From Mytilus californianus (taxonomy: Eukaryota): a DNA stretch of 64,000 bases. The stretch spans positions 80,414,001-80,478,000 of the forward strand of contig NW_026262723.1 of NCBI RefSeq assembly GCF_021869535.1, given 5' to 3'. The notes below the pieces were generated by a model that did no database searches, was not told where the DNA came from, and saw nothing but the letters and a program-made list of their open reading frames with translations. The translations under genes and the position numbers were made by a program. Below are positions 63,530-64,000 of this stretch, one piece after another (within the stretch, counting starts at the first letter, position 1; each line of letters starts with the position of its first letter).

Positions 63530-64000
63530 AGAACCAATTTATATAAAAAGATATGTAGATATAAAAAGAAACCAGGATTAAAATGTTGTACGCCAGACGC
63601 GAGTTAAGTCTACAACGAAACATCAGTGAAAGAGGGGCGAAAGATACCAGAGGGACAGTCAAACTCATAGATCGAAAACAAACCGACAACGCCATGGCTA
63701 AAAAATAAAAAGACAAACAGACAAATAATAGTACACAAGACACAACATAGAAAACTAAAGACTAAGCAACACGAACCCCACCAAAAACTGCTCCGGAAGG
63801 GTAGGCAGATCCTGCTCCACATGTGGCACCCGTCGTGTTGCTCATGTTATTACAAATCCGGTAAATAGTCTAATTCGGTAGGTCACATTCGTGGTGAAAA
63901 AGGAAGTGGATTGTAATTACGACATAAGGAACATATCCGATATCATCTGTGAAACGGTTATTCCATAACGGTCAATCAACTCGTGATGGCGTCCGTAAAA
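63530..64000 (-). mobile_element. Penelope-type 3' region joined to a degenerate hammerhead motif (63575-63630)
   Basis: 63630-64000 is homologous to 15300-15700. 63565-63630 is homologous to 1830-1890 (accaggattaaaat..tacgccagacgcg..gtctacaa...catcagtga). Confidence 0.65.

Overview
AT-rich eukaryotic genomic DNA with spliceosomal introns; gene content and repeat families look like a bivalve mollusc (Mytilus-like, my inference). Four protein-coding genes were rebuilt by hand from GT-AG sites and reading phase. Two are tandem minus-strand MFSD13A/TMEM180-like MFS transporter paralogs: copy A has 3 exons in the window and its last exon lies outside it; copy B is complete, 4 coding exons, 456 aa. 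Head-to-head with copy B is a complete 11-exon WSC-domain xylosyltransferase (XYLT/oxt, 875 aa). The fourth is a 4-exon, 540-aa type II membrane protein of the UPF0489/C5orf22 family whose putative metal-binding motifs are degenerate. Intergenic and intronic DNA is dense in mobile elements: Helentron-associated HINE-like elements of about 8 families (some nested, some with internal higher-order arrays), a hAT deletion derivative with a perfect 8-bp TSD, a Ginger-like relic, LINE and Penelope-like remnants, MITEs and minisatellites. The least obvious signal is a set of type I hammerhead-ribozyme motifs in roughly 315-350 nt retrozyme-like units, including a direct-repeat dimer at 50.3-50.7 kb and copies joined to Penelope 3' ends. 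No rRNA, tRNA or CRISPR was found. Family assignments come from motif recognition, not database searches.
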